Shown here: positions 10,548-20,981 of the stretch, piece after piece
How positions within the stretch are numbered: position 1 is the stretch's first letter
Layout of the letters: each line of letters begins with the position of its first letter
NCBI GenBank assembly: GCA_963696385.1
Contig: CAVOKF010000007.1
Coordinates: 1,152,001-1,216,000, forward strand
Direction of reading: 5' to 3'
From: an uncultured delta proteobacterium
Lineage (GTDB): Bacteria > Myxococcota_A > Polyangia > Polyangiales > Polyangiaceae
Length of the DNA stretch: 64,000 nt
Program-made: the position numbers and the translations under genes
Notes under the pieces: generated by a model
What the model saw: only the letters and a program-made list of their open reading frames with translations
Database searches by the model: none
Told to the model about the DNA's origin: nothing

Positions 10548-10898
10548 ATGGCGAAGCCTTGGGCCGAAATCGGCCGCTACGGCGGCGTGGGCATCGAGTT
10601 CGTTCTGACCATCCTCATCGTGTCGTGGCTCGGTCATTGGTTGGATGGTCGGGTTAGGCTGCACGGATACGGCTTGGCGATCGGCTTCTTGGTCGGGGTG
10701 GCGGTGGCCTTCCGGCTTCTCTTTCGTACCGCCCAGCGAATGCAGGGCGACATCGAGCGCGCGGAGGCGCGCGATCCGGGTTCGAGCCGCTGGACCGTGG
10801 ACCCGAATTGGTTGCACAAGGATCCGAGCGAAACCGCCACGCCGTCGAACAGCACGCATGCGATGCCACCGCCGAAGGACGACCACGATGCCGGCTGA
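10548..10898 (+). CDS. AtpZ/AtpI-family ATP synthase accessory protein
   Basis: GVGIEFVLTILIVSWLGHWLD..GFLVG; heads the atp cluster. Confidence 0.85.
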   Translation: MAKPWAEIGRYGGVGIEFVLTILIVSWLGHWLDGRVRLHGYGLAIGFLVGVAVAFRLLFRTAQRMQGDIERAEARDPGSSRWTVDPNWLHKDPSETATPSNSTHAMPPPKDDHDAG

Positions 10899-11319
10899 AC
10901 CACTGGGGATTCGCCCGCGATCACGCGGGCTCGATGCACGAATGCGCACCTCCATCGCCACCGTCGCCTCGTTGGGCGCCGGATCCGCGCTCGTGACGGC
11001 CGCATTCGCGGGGCCCAAGTCAGCGGTTTCGGTCGCCGTCGCGGCCGCCCTGGCTGCGGGCAACCTGTGGGCGCTCGCACGAATCGTCGTGGCCCTTCTC
11101 CCCGACGATGGTTCGGGGCCGAACACCCCACATCGCGGAGGCTGGGCGGTCCTCGCGGCGCTCAAGATGGGAGGCCTTCTCGCGGCGTCGTGGCTGCTCA
11201 TGCGTCACGGGCTCACCGGACCGGTGACGATGGCTATCGGGTTCCTGTCCTTGCCGATGGGCATTGCCATCGGCACGCTCGTGAGCGATAGAAGCGCCGC
11301 GTCGCAAGATCCCCACTGA
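10888..11319 (+). CDS. atpI: ATP synthase protein I
   Basis: Four hydrophobic segments, GNLW and LK motifs; directly upstream of atpB. Confidence 0.75.
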   Translation: MPAEPLGIRPRSRGLDARMRTSIATVASLGAGSALVTAAFAGPKSAVSVAVAAALAAGNLWALARIVVALLPDDGSGPNTPHRGGWAVLAALKMGGLLAASWLLMRHGLTGPVTMAIGFLSLPMGIAIGTLVSDRSAASQDPH

Positions 11320-11322
11320 GCC

Positions 11323-12162
11323 ATGCCCGAGCACGCCTCCTTCTTCGGATACCTCCTCGCGCAGTTCCCTGCCCTGAACGAGAACATGCGCGTATTTGGC
11401 GAGAGTTTCCTCGGCCACCAGCCGGTCTACTCCCACGGCGCGGAACCGCTCGCAGCGAGCCTCGCCGTCATGCTGCTCGTGCTGGCGCTCGCGTTGCTCG
11501 TGCGCCCGGCGCTGGCTCGCCACGAGCAAGCCGTCATCCCGGAATCCAAGCTTACGCTGCGTACGTTCTTCGAGGTCTGGATCGGCTACTGGTACGGGCT
11601 CATGAAGGACATGATGGGACCGAAGCGCGCGAAGCGATACTTTCCGCTGATTGGTTCCCTCTCGCTCTTCATCGTGTTCGGAAACTTCTTGGGGCTCATC
11701 CCAGGATTCACGCCGCCGACGTCGAACTGGAACATCACGCTCGGCTGCGCGGCCATCGTGTTCGTGATGTTCAACTATTATGGGATCCAGGCGAACGGAC
11801 TCGGGTACTTCAAGCATCTCTTTGGACCGTGGCTGGGTTGGCCGCTCATCCCCGTCAACCTGCTGCTGTTCGTGGTGGAGACCTTCTCGCTCTGCATCCG
11901 TCCGTTGACGCTCAGCATTCGTCTGATGCTCAACATGGCGGTCGACCACCTCCTCGTAACGATCGCACTCGGCATGAGCGCGCTGTTCCTGCCTGTGCCC
12001 GTCCTCGTGCTGAGCACGCTTGTGTGCATCGTTCAGGTGCTGGTATTTTGCATTCTGACCTCGATCTACATCGCACTCGCCACCGAACACGAAGAGCATG
12101 AGGCCGACGCGAGCGGTCACGGATCCTCCGGCGCCGCCCACGCCGCGGGGGCCGCGTCTTGA
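11323..12162 (+). CDS. atpB: F0F1 ATP synthase subunit a
   Basis: NFLGLIPG, PPTSN, RPLTLSIRLMLNM, QVLVFCILTSIYI. Confidence 0.97.
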   Translation: MPEHASFFGYLLAQFPALNENMRVFGESFLGHQPVYSHGAEPLAASLAVMLLVLALALLVRPALARHEQAVIPESKLTLRTFFEVWIGYWYGLMKDMMGPKRAKRYFPLIGSLSLFIVFGNFLGLIPGFTPPTSNWNITLGCAAIVFVMFNYYGIQANGLGYFKHLFGPWLGWPLIPVNLLLFVVETFSLCIRPLTLSIRLMLNMAVDHLLVTIALGMSALFLPVPVLVLSTLVCIVQVLVFCILTSIYIALATEHEEHEADASGHGSSGAAHAAGAAS

Positions 12163-12267
12163 GCCCGTTCGATTCGGACCGGCTAGCCCCCCGGTCAAAA
12201 AGCGACTAAGAGGGGCCGGCCCGAACCGCAGTGCTTCAACTCTTCACGCACGAAGGAGTCAGTGACG

Positions 12268-12609
<342 letters not shown>

Positions 12610-12637
12610 AACGGCGCCCCCCGGCGCACTCTCAGTA

Positions 12638-12762
12638 CAGCGCCCCCTTAAGCGGTACCCAGCTGCGCTGCCTGCGTGGCAGGCTGGCGCTGCTCTAAGA
12701 CGGCTTCCTTGGGGCTTCGCCCCAAACCCCCAATCGCCTCCCGGCGATTGAAGTACACCGTC
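12638..12762. repeat. Cluster of nested inverted repeats (REP/MITE-like or terminator) between convergent genes
   Basis: CAGCGCC/GGCGCTG, GCCTGC/GCAGGC, TTGGGGC/GCCCCAA, CAATCGCC/GGCGATTG, GACGG/CCGTC. Confidence 0.55.
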
Positions 12763-12793
12763 CGGCTGATCCCTTTGTTCTGGGGCGGTCTAC

Positions 12794-14074
12794 TCAGCGA
12801 ACCCGCACGATGCTCCCGGGGTCGAGGGGCGTCGGAAACACCGCCGCCCATCCGGACGGCATGCGCGGTGCCGTGAACGAGAAGAGCCAACGCGCGTCGC
12901 GCGGAGACAAGTTCACGCACCCGTGGCTTCGGACGTGGCCAAAGTCTCCATGCCAGTACGTCCCGTGAAGGGCGACGGCGCCGTCGAAGAACTGCACGTA
13001 GGGCACCTCGTCCATGGAATAGCTCTCTTCGGCCTCCTCGCGACCGACGTTATCCATGTCGGACGCGCGGATCTTGACCCAAATACGGTGCACTCCAGCC
13101 GGAGTTTCGGCGCCGCTTCCCAAGGCGCCGCGCCCCGTCGATGCGAGGGTCGCGTAGACCGGCCGGATTCCTTCGTACGCAACCAGGGTCTCGGACGCGG
13201 TGTCGACGTCAATCCAATGCTCGTCGGGAGCGACGAGTTGAACCGGTGGCTCCGCCATGGTCGGGCGCGCCAGGTCGCGGGCCATCATCCAACCGTCGTC
13301 TTCGACGCGCACCATGGGGCCACGGTCCTCTTGGATGACGACCCTGTCGAAGCGAGCATGGGTGCGGTTCGGCTTGCCCTTCGGACTGGGCTCCGACCAG
13401 ACCTGGGCCGGATCGGCGAGCACCCAGGCGAAGTCGAGACGACCCCCTTCGACGGCCGTGCCGTGAAACGCGGAAGGACGCGCGGGCACGAGATCCCGCA
13501 ACGAGAGCCAGACCCCCTTGGACGTTCGCGCCCATGGCTGCCCGTCGACCATCCGTTGCTCGGCCACGCCGACCGCCCAGCCGCCCTCGAGCTCGTGATC
13601 GGAGGTGCCCTCCCGCGCCAACTCCAAACTCGCGTACGCGCTCGTTCCAGCCGGGACGACGAAAAAGTACTGCAGCCACAAGCCATCGTCGCCCGTTTGC
13701 GATTCGCGAGATTGCGGCTCGTCCGCCAACAACTCGGCGTCGTCCGAACAAGCCCACGCGAGCGCCCCGACGAGCCACCAACGACCGGAACAGCCGGATC
13801 CACGTTTCGCCCCGTAGAATGGGAGCGAGGCTCCAGGCAACGTCGTGCCGCGCCGCGCACTCGCGCCGCTGGGTCCTGCAAACAGCGTGAGGGTGCCGGA
13901 GTCACCGGGGTCACCCCGCGTCGACCCCACCGAGCGAGCCCACGAAGGCGGCGGCAAGTCTCCCTCTTCCATCCACGGGGGTAGCAAAACATCGGAGTGG
14001 GCCGAGCCCGCGACCGCCGTGACGACGGCGAGACAAGAGATCATCGACCCGCGGCCGGGGCGCATGCGGCTCAC
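12794..14074 (-). CDS. L,D-transpeptidase (YkuD domain)
   Basis: [27 protein letters not shown] catalytic motif. Confidence 0.93.
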   Translation of the reverse strand: MSRMRPGRGSMISCLAVVTAVAGSAHSDVLLPPWMEEGDLPPPSWARSVGSTRGDPGDSGTLTLFAGPSGASARRGTTLPGASLPFYGAKRGSGCSGRWWLVGALAWACSDDAELLADEPQSRESQTGDDGLWLQYFFVVPAGTSAYASLELAREGTSDHELEGGWAVGVAEQRMVDGQPWARTSKGVWLSLRDLVPARPSAFHGTAVEGGRLDFAWVLADPAQVWSEPSPKGKPNRTHARFDRVVIQEDRGPMVRVEDDGWMMARDLARPTMAEPPVQLVAPDEHWIDVDTASETLVAYEGIRPVYATLASTGRGALGSGAETPAGVHRIWVKIRASDMDNVGREEAEESYSMDEVPYVQFFDGAVALHGTYWHGDFGHVRSHGCVNLSPRDARWLFSFTAPRMPSGWAAVFPTPLDPGSIVRVR

Positions 14075-15870
14075 ACCGAAGGCTGCGGCAAGCGCAGCTT
14101 GAACGTTGCGCCCCGGCTCGACGACTGCACGGTGATCGTGCCGCCATGCTCGTCGGCGATTTTCTTGACGATGGCGAGTCCGAGGCCAGTGCCGCCCTTT
14201 TTGCCGCTGGTCACGAACGACTGGAACAATCGGTGCTCGATGTCTTTCGGAATGCCCGGGCCCGTGTCCGAGAACGAAACCACCAGCGCACGATCCACCT
14301 TGTCGCGCGTGACCTTGATGACGAGCTTGCCACCGCCGGGCCCCATGGCCTCCGCGGCGTTGCGTGCCAGGTTGTGCACGACACGAAGCAGTTTTCCCTC
14401 GTCGAAGCGTGCGGTGCCCCGCTCTTGGACGTCGACGACGAGTTCGACGCCGCGCTTGGCCAGATCTCCCTCGAGCTGCTTGCGCACGTCTTCGAAGAAC
14501 TTCTGAACGTAGACCTTACGGATGAGCACGCTCTTTTCGCCGCGAGCGAATTCGAGCACCTCGCGCTGCATGGCGCCGATATGGTCGAATTGGTCGAGGA
14601 TGAGCCGTGCGAAATCTCGGCGGCGCGACGCCTCGTTGGTCGACTGCATGAGCTGGACGTACCCGCCGATGACGGTGAGCGGCGTCTTCAGATCGTGGAT
14701 CACGCTCGAGAGAAGCCTGCCGATGGTCGTCAGCCGCTCCTCGCGTTCACGTCCCTCGCGCGACAGTTGGAGCCGGATGGCCGTCGACGCATTCGCCGCA
14801 ACGAGCTCGAGGAGCTCACGGTCCTCGTCGTTGAACGGCCGGGCTCCCCGCTTGTTGTAAATGGCGATCGCGCCCATCGGCGCGTTGTGCTCGCCTTCGA
14901 GCGGGACGACCAGTGCGGTCTTCGCCCGGCCGGCCCCGATGCGCAAGTCGAGCGCTTCGTCGCGTCGTGGATCGCTTTCGGCGTCGTTCGAGACGAGAAC
15001 CTCGTCGTTGCGAATCGCCCAGCCGATGAGTCCCGCGTCCTCTGGATACGGCAGACGGCGCATCTTTTTGGCACGGTCGTCGATGAAGTGGAGGTCGCCG
15101 ATCCGCTCGTGCGAATCGCGCAACGCGACGGCCCCCATCCGGGCCTCGCACGCCCGCATGGCTTCTCCCAAGACCGCGATGAACAGCTCCTCGAGCGACG
15201 CGGCACGCCCCATCGCGTGCTCCAAGTCGAAAAGCAGCTTGAGATCGTGAACCCGGTGCTCGAGTTGCTCTTTGGTGTCGAGCAACTGGATGTTCTTCTG
15301 CGTTACCGACATGAACAGCCGCGAATTGTCGATGCTCACGGCCGCCTGGGTCGCCAGCGCCGCGAGAATCTCCGCGTCGTCGTCTGTGAATTCGTCTCGC
15401 TTCTTGTTGAGGACCTGCACGACACCGATCGTCTTGCCCAGGTGATTCTTCATCGGGGCCGCCAGAATCGATCGCGTGCGATAGCCCGACAGCAGGTCCC
15501 ATTCGGCCCCGAATCGAGGGTCCTTGTAGGCGTCGCGCACGTGGAGCGGCTTGCCCGTGCGCGCGACATGACCGGCAATTCCGTGACCGATCTTCAGACG
15601 AATCGAGCGCACGGCACTTCCGTGAGCGATGCGCGAGACGAGCTCGTTATTCGCTTCGTCCAAGAGGTAGAGCGTCGCGCGATCGGCTTCGAGCGTCTCG
15701 GTGATTTTTTGCAGGATGAGCTCGAGCAGGTGGTCCAGATCGAGAGTCGCACCGAGCGCCACCCCGACCTCGCGCAGCGCCTTGCTGACACGCAGCTCGC
15801 GCGCGAGCGCCGCCTCGACGTCCGCCAAACGAGCGTCGAGAGCGCGCGCGGGGGCGGGTTTCGGCGGCAC
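14071..15870 (-). CDS. Cytoplasmic GAF-GAF sensor histidine kinase
   Basis: [25 protein letters not shown], second GAF (YNK..PF), [24 protein letters not shown]. Confidence 0.93.
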   Translation of the reverse strand: MPPKPAPARALDARLADVEAALARELRVSKALREVGVALGATLDLDHLLELILQKITETLEADRATLYLLDEANNELVSRIAHGSAVRSIRLKIGHGIAGHVARTGKPLHVRDAYKDPRFGAEWDLLSGYRTRSILAAPMKNHLGKTIGVVQVLNKKRDEFTDDDAEILAALATQAAVSIDNSRLFMSVTQKNIQLLDTKEQLEHRVHDLKLLFDLEHAMGRAASLEELFIAVLGEAMRACEARMGAVALRDSHERIGDLHFIDDRAKKMRRLPYPEDAGLIGWAIRNDEVLVSNDAESDPRRDEALDLRIGAGRAKTALVVPLEGEHNAPMGAIAIYNKRGARPFNDEDRELLELVAANASTAIRLQLSREGREREERLTTIGRLLSSVIHDLKTPLTVIGGYVQLMQSTNEASRRRDFARLILDQFDHIGAMQREVLEFARGEKSVLIRKVYVQKFFEDVRKQLEGDLAKRGVELVVDVQERGTARFDEGKLLRVVHNLARNAAEAMGPGGGKLVIKVTRDKVDRALVVSFSDTGPGIPKDIEHRLFQSFVTSGKKGGTGLGLAIVKKIADEHGGTITVQSSSRGATFKLRLPQPSV

Positions 15871-15989
15871 GCTACCTATCCTATCAGCCGCGGCCCCCGC
15901 GCCGGCAGAGGCAACTTGCCCCGCCCACCTCTGCCCTTCCGCTGATTGCGACAGAGCTCGGTTTCGCGTAGCGTCGCGCGCCCGATCTC

Positions 15990-16709
15990 ATGCCCCGCAC
16001 GCTTATCGTTACTCCGACATACAACGAGCGACAGAATCTAGAACGCTTCGTGAGCGGAGTGCGGAGCGCACTTCCCGAAGCCGACGTTCTGGTGGTCGAT
16101 GACAACTCGCCGGACGGGACTGGTTCCCTCGCCGACGAGCTGGCGCGTGCCGACGCGCACGTGCGCGTCGTCCATCGCGCGGGCAAGCTTGGATTGGGAA
16201 CGGCGTACGTCACTGCATTCACGCAGGGCCTGGCCGAGGGCTACGATCGGTTCTTCGAGATGGACGCCGATTTGTCGCATGACCCCCGGTATTTGCCCGA
16301 GTTCGTTCGCGCGCTCGACGACGGCTTCGACGTCGTCATTGGCTCGCGCAACGTGGCCGGCGGCGGTGTCGAGGGCTGGGGGCCCGGACGACACTTCATC
16401 TCCAAAGGCGGCAGCCTCTATTCGCGTCTCGTTCTCGGCCTGCCGGTGCGCGACCTGACGAGCGGGTACAAGGCATTCGCCCGGCGCGCTCTCGAAGCAC
16501 TGGACCTCGAGGGCGTCCGCTCCAACGGCTACTCGTTTCAGATTGAATTGACCTACCGCGCGGTCCTCCGTGGAATGCGCGTCAAGGAGGTCCCGATTGT
16601 CTTCGTCGATCGAACGCTCGGCCGCTCCAAGATGAGCCGGAAAATTTTCATCGAAGCGGTGGGCATGGTCTGGAAGCTTCGGCTCGATGCGATGCGCGGC
16701 CGGCTGTAG
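15990..16709 (+). CDS. Polyprenol monophosphomannose synthase (GT2)
   Basis: PTYNE, VDDNSPDGT, GKLGLGTAY, EMDADLSH, GYSFQIE, PIVFVDR..SKMS. Confidence 0.93.
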   Translation: MPRTLIVTPTYNERQNLERFVSGVRSALPEADVLVVDDNSPDGTGSLADELARADAHVRVVHRAGKLGLGTAYVTAFTQGLAEGYDRFFEMDADLSHDPRYLPEFVRALDDGFDVVIGSRNVAGGGVEGWGPGRHFISKGGSLYSRLVLGLPVRDLTSGYKAFARRALEALDLEGVRSNGYSFQIELTYRAVLRGMRVKEVPIVFVDRTLGRSKMSRKIFIEAVGMVWKLRLDAMRGRL

Positions 16710-17462
16710 TCAAACCTTGGTTGCCGCGATCACGACGTGCGGATACGGCAAAATGTCGGGGACGCGCACCATGCGGACGGCAAAGCCGAGCGAGGTCAGC
16801 ATGCGAGCCCACTCGCGGTGATGACGATAGGAAAGTGGCTCGTCCCAGCCGACCATCAGCCGATCGAGCGCCTCGGTGAAGAGCAACCCGAGCCGCGGCT
16901 CGGTCGTGATGTCTTTGACGAGCAGCATGCCCCCGGGCACGATGAGCGACCGCAATCGCTCGAGGACGCGCCATTGATCGTCGGCGGGCAGGTGATGCAT
17001 CACGTCGAGCACGTAGGCCGCGTCGAAGGGTCCCTCGAGCGCGACGTCGCGCACGTCGCCCACGACGAACGTCTGCTGGCGCATTCCGAGTCGATCCGCC
17101 ACGCGCCGCGCGAGGCGAATCCGCCGAGGGTTTGGATCCACACCGGTAATGCGACGGCCTGGTTGCGTTTGTCCAAAGTACGCTGCAAATAGACCGAATC
17201 CGCAGCCGACGTCGAGAATGCGACCCTGATCGGTGAGCATCAAGTCCATGACGCTCAGAAGCTTCGGGCGCAGGATGGAGAAACGCACTCGCGAATAGGC
17301 TCTCTCGACGAGCGGTAGAGCGCGAACGATTTGGGCGATCGCGCCACGGCCGTAGATTTCAGGAGCCTCGAAGGTCGCCGGGGCAAGCCGCGCCCGCCAC
17401 GACCGGAAGCCGCGGAGCGGACTTGAAGTGCGACGGGGTACCCAGGCGGACGCGGAGGGCAA
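16710..17462 (-). CDS. Class I SAM-dependent methyltransferase (start uncertain)
   Basis: ILDVGCGFG, GVDPN, LDVMHHL, PGGMLL. The track ORF extends into the tRNA, so the start was moved to the in-frame TTG at 17462. Confidence 0.82.
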   Translation of the reverse strand: MPSASAWVPRRTSSPLRGFRSWRARLAPATFEAPEIYGRGAIAQIVRALPLVERAYSRVRFSILRPKLLSVMDLMLTDQGRILDVGCGFGLFAAYFGQTQPGRRITGVDPNPRRIRLARRVADRLGMRQQTFVVGDVRDVALEGPFDAAYVLDVMHHLPADDQWRVLERLRSLIVPGGMLLVKDITTEPRLGLLFTEALDRLMVGWDEPLSYRHHREWARMLTSLGFAVRMVRVPDILPYPHVVIAATKV

Positions 17463-17502
17463 CGGGGCACCCTCGTAGGACGCACCGACGAACCGCGTCA
17501 AG

Positions 17503-17576
17503 CGCGCCCGGAGGGATTCGAACCCCCGACCCGTGGCTTCGAAGGCCACTGCTCTATCCAGCTGAGCTACAGGCGC
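17503..17576 (-). tRNA. tRNA-Arg, anticodon TCG; CCA not encoded
   Basis: Minus strand GCGCCTG TAGCTCAGCTGGATAGAGC A GTGGC-CTTCGAA-GCCAC GGGTC GGGGGTTCGAATCCCTC CGGGCGC G: full cloverleaf. Confidence 0.97.
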
Positions 17577-17784
17577 AAACGGCGACTGGACGCCGTATCA
17601 CGCGCGCGACGTCGATACCAGGGCGGCAACCCGAGGCCCGGAAAATCGCGCCGGGCCCGGCCTTTTTCCCCGCGCCGATCGCTGCGGCGCGTGATCGCCC
17701 GCGCGCGCGATCGGCATGGAACTAGGACGGCCGCGCTGGAGCTGGAGGCCGCGCACGACTGCCCCAAATCCGTCCGGTCCGCAA

Positions 17785-18066
17785 TCACTCGGCGGCGTTG
17801 GAGGCTGCGTCCTGCTGCGCGCGATTGCGTCCCCGCGCCTGACCGCCCGCCCGGCCGATGACGGCCATATGGCCTCGGTCGCGGCTGACGACCTCCCCCC
17901 CCTTGCGACCGGCGACGCGGGCCTCGTCCGCCGTGAACTCGTGGGCCCGCCCTTGCCGATGAGCGGCCTTACCGCCTTTGCTCGCAATCTCCCGCTGTTT
18001 TCCCGCGTCCATCGACGCAAATCCACGGTTGCTCTTGTTACGCTCGGCGCTGTTCTGCAAGGTCAT
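17785..18066 (-). CDS. KGG-repeat general stress protein
   Basis: RGFASMD..KQREIASKGGKAAH, EAR.AGRKGG, HMAVIGRAGG; GAGGAG RBS. Confidence 0.92.
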   Translation of the reverse strand: MTLQNSAERNKSNRGFASMDAGKQREIASKGGKAAHRQGRAHEFTADEARVAGRKGGEVVSRDRGHMAVIGRAGGQARGRNRAQQDAASNAAE

Positions 18067-18200
18067 GGGATGATCTCCTCTGTGTGGTCGGTTGGCGCGT
18101 AAAGAGCCCCAAGAGAGGCGCCAGGCTTTCTGCCGCTCCGGATCGAACCTTCTTGTGCTCTGTGCCGGCTGCTGCATTCGCGCCGACGGCCTGGGCACAT

Positions 18201-18216
18201 TGCAGCGCTCATGCCT
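18201..18216 (-). promoter_or_regulatory. Possible sigma54 -24/-12 promoter for the KGG gene
   Basis: Minus strand AGGCATG-AGCG-CTGCA with canonical GG-N10-GC spacing. Confidence 0.35.
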
Positions 18217-18327
18217 TCGCGGACGGATGCCCAAGATCGCGGAATAACTTCATAATCGCGAACCTGCCCGGCTACGCGGACGTGGCGGATTGCCACGTTG
18301 GGGCGTATCGGCCGCGCTCGCTCGGAA

Positions 18328-19101
18328 TCAAAACTCGAAGGCGAGACCGAAATTCAAGGCCGTGCCGCCGACGCGCAGGGGGTTGCTTTGCACACCCAGG
18401 CCGTCCAGATCCTCGCGACTCCACTCGAAGAACAAATAGGTATTGTTCACGCCCATGGCATCGTCGAATGCCGACGACGCGTACGAATCGAACGGGTTCA
18501 GGTTCAGCGCGAGACCCAGCGCCACGTGAGTTCCGAACGAGTGCCCTTCGCCGACGACCCCGCCAGACCGCGACGTGCCGAGGGTGTTGGATGCCCGCCA
18601 GAGCGCCAGGCCGAGCCCGACCTTGGCGTAGGGCACGATCGGCACGCGGGCCATGCGCCAAAGCGCGTCCGCTCGCAAGACGACCGCTCCATAGAAGGGG
18701 AAGATCGTGATCGAGGTGTTCTCCTGGGAGGTGTAGGTGCCGTCATGTTCCTGCTGAAAGAGCGCGGGGTCGCTCTTGGTCGCAAAGCCCACTCCGAGGC
18801 CCGGTCCGACCGTCCCGAAATACGGGATTCGATAAGCTTGCCAATCGAGTTCGGCACTCACCAGAATAAGCGGCGTCGTCCCGAAGACCTGCTTGTACGG
18901 TGTGGCGCCATGAAGCGCGGGGTCGCTGTCGATGTCCGGCCAGAATGGGGCAACGCGAATCTCTGCGGCGAAGTTCTGCGGGGACTCGGCCTTTCGCGCG
19001 TGGCCGCCGAGGGGATCGACCAGATCCTGGGCACTCGCATCTGCGGGCAGGATCAACGCCACAAAGGAGAGTGCCCCCGTCCAGCATCGGCGCGTGATCA
19101 C
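18328..19101 (-). CDS. MXAN_2562-like outer-membrane beta-barrel protein
   Basis: ESPQNFAAEIR..PDIDS, VPYAKVGLG, LNPFD...FD..MGVNNTYLFFEW, ends LAFEF. Confidence 0.8.
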   Translation of the reverse strand: MITRRCWTGALSFVALILPADASAQDLVDPLGGHARKAESPQNFAAEIRVAPFWPDIDSDPALHGATPYKQVFGTTPLILVSAELDWQAYRIPYFGTVGPGLGVGFATKSDPALFQQEHDGTYTSQENTSITIFPFYGAVVLRADALWRMARVPIVPYAKVGLGLALWRASNTLGTSRSGGVVGEGHSFGTHVALGLALNLNPFDSYASSAFDDAMGVNNTYLFFEWSREDLDGLGVQSNPLRVGGTALNFGLAFEF

Positions 19102-19256
19102 CTCGGCCTCCGGCGACGACGTGCGGCTGCGTGGCTGCCGCCCCCCGCCAGAGCCCCGGTGCGCGCCGGGGCCATGGCGCGGCGAACCGCGGTCGCCGAG
19201 GCGAAAGCAAGCGTCGGGCACGCGCGATGAGGCATGGGGCTGGGACGAAGCATGGA

Positions 19257-19271
19257 GCATGGCACATGCCA
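19257..19271 (-). promoter_or_regulatory. Possible sigma54 -24/-12 promoter for the beta-barrel gene
   Basis: Minus strand TGGCATG-TGCC-ATGC. Confidence 0.4.
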
Positions 19272-19450
19272 CGCTTGAATTCCCCATCGTTGAAGGCCTC
19301 GGCACTCTCGCGGCGCCGGCCGAAGCAGCCAAGCTGTCAGCCCCTGCAAACGACCACGCGCGTCTCATGACAAAGTGGCAGAACGAGCACGCGCGCGCGG
19401 TGACGGTGCGGGCCGCCCTTCGCCCCAACCCGCGCTAGTACCCCCGCTCG

Positions 19451-20680
19451 ATGTCCTCGCACCTCATCGCCTCCCACCAGAACCGCCCGTCCGACGATCC
19501 GATATTTTCCCTTCATCAAGAAGCCGATCGGCGCAAAAGGAGCGGCGAGGCCATCGTCGACGCGACCATCGGCGTGTTGCTCGGCGAGGACGGCCAACTC
19601 GCGATATTGCCCGAGGCTGCGCGCGCCGTGCGACAGGTGCATGAGGCCGAATGGGCCGCTTATGCGCCGATCGCCGGGACCCCCGAGTTCCGCCGCGCGG
19701 TGATCGAGGATCTGCTGGCCGACGCCCCCGAGCTAAGGGCTTGTGCCGTCGCGGTGGCGACGCCGGGGGGGTCGGGCGCGCTGCGGCATGCCATCGTGAA
19801 CTTCCTCGAGCCGGGGCAGGCGGCGCTGACGGCAAGCTGGTACTGGTCGCCGTACAAAACCCTGTGCGACGAGTCCGACCGCACGCTCGAGACCTTCGAG
19901 ATGTTCTCGCCGACCGGTTCGTTCGACGTTGCCGCCCTCGACGCCGCCATCGGCCGACAATTGGCGACGCAGGGGCGATCGCTCGTCTTCGTCAACGATC
20001 CGGCACACAATCCGACCGGCTACTCGCTGACCGACGAGGAATGGCAAGCCATCGCCTTAGCGATCGCGAGTCGTGCGGCCAGCGGCCCCGTCACGCTCGT
20101 CGTCGATTGTGCGTACATGCTGTACGGACCACGGTCTGCGCGAAGTCTGCCGGCCCTGTTGCGGCCGCTCGCGGGGACAGCTGCCGTGCTCTTTGCGTGG
20201 AGCGCAAGCAAGTCCTACACGCACTACGGTTTGCGCGTCGGCGCGCTGGTCGCGTGCCTTGGCGATGACCGTGAGCGGGCGAGGGTCGAGGCGGCGCTCA
20301 GCTATTCTTGCCGCGGCACCTGGTCGAACTGCAACCGGGGCGGGCTCATCGCGATCACACGCCTACTCGTCGATCCGTCCGCGGCACGATCGTGCACGGC
20401 GCAACGCGATGGCCTCAAGGCCACGCTGCTCGCGCGGGTCGACGTGTTCAACCGGCTCGCACGCGAGCGTGGACTCCGCTACCCCCGTTACGATGGCGGC
20501 TTCTTCGTCACCGTCTTCGTCGACCGCGCGCGAGAGCGTGCGGCTTCGATGGCGAAACGCGGCATTTACGTCGTGCCGCAGGTGCTCGCGAGCGGCCGCG
20601 GAGCGCTGCGCGTGGCGCTCTGCGCTTTGGCGTCTCGTGACGTACCGCGTCTCGTCGAAGCGCTGTCGGATGCGACATAG
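19451..20680 (+). CDS. Class I/II PLP-dependent aminotransferase
   Basis: DATIG, YAPIAG, TPGGSGAL, NDPAHNPTGYS, DCAY, SASKSYTHYGLRVG. Confidence 0.92.
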   Translation: MSSHLIASHQNRPSDDPIFSLHQEADRRKRSGEAIVDATIGVLLGEDGQLAILPEAARAVRQVHEAEWAAYAPIAGTPEFRRAVIEDLLADAPELRACAVAVATPGGSGALRHAIVNFLEPGQAALTASWYWSPYKTLCDESDRTLETFEMFSPTGSFDVAALDAAIGRQLATQGRSLVFVNDPAHNPTGYSLTDEEWQAIALAIASRAASGPVTLVVDCAYMLYGPRSARSLPALLRPLAGTAAVLFAWSASKSYTHYGLRVGALVACLGDDRERARVEAALSYSCRGTWSNCNRGGLIAITRLLVDPSAARSCTAQRDGLKATLLARVDVFNRLARERGLRYPRYDGGFFVTVFVDRARERAASMAKRGIYVVPQVLASGRGALRVALCALASRDVPRLVEALSDAT

Positions 20681-20690
20681 CCCACCCGGA

Positions 20691-20951
20691 TCAAGTCTTA
20701 TTCCACTTTTCGCGCAAGCGCCCTGCCTTGTCCAATGCCGCGAGGTCGTCGTAGCCGCCGATCGCTTCGTCGCCGATGAAAATCTGGGGCACGGTCCGCC
20801 TTCCAGTGGTCTGCGCGAGCCATCCGCGTCGGTCCGGGTCGGACGTCACGTCGACCTCTTCGTACGGAATCTCGCGCTGCGAAAGCAAGCGCTTCGCTGC
20901 GACGCAGTATGGACAAACTCGCGTGGTGTAGATCGTTACGTCGGCGGGCAC
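20691..20951 (-). CDS. grxC: Glutaredoxin 3
   Basis: IYTTRVCPYC, RTVPQIFI, GGYDDL. Confidence 0.94.
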   Translation of the reverse strand: MPADVTIYTTRVCPYCVAAKRLLSQREIPYEEVDVTSDPDRRGWLAQTTGRRTVPQIFIGDEAIGGYDDLAALDKAGRLREKWNKT

Positions 20952-20981
20952 GGGAAACTCACATGCTAACTTGCCACCGCG

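Noticed and set aside
14146..15945. Long antisense ORFs (also 2435..4066, 27975..29828, 31366..32979, 59313..60857)
   Set aside because: Shadow ORFs opposite well-supported genes, expected from high-GC codon bias; no recognisable motifs.
17503..17785. Integrative element at the tRNA-Arg
   Set aside because: No integrase and no duplicated tRNA 3' end seen in the window.
18280..18298. ACGTGGC/GCCACGT hairpin as an ncRNA
   Set aside because: A short isolated stem 30 bp past a stop codon; more simply a terminator or 3' stabilising hairpin.
19098..19349. Remnant of a MYXO-CTERM protein upstream of the MXAN_2562-like gene
   Set aside because: Ends in a basic RRRRRPR tail overlapping the next start, but lacks the GC motif and TM helix, and overlaps a candidate promoter.
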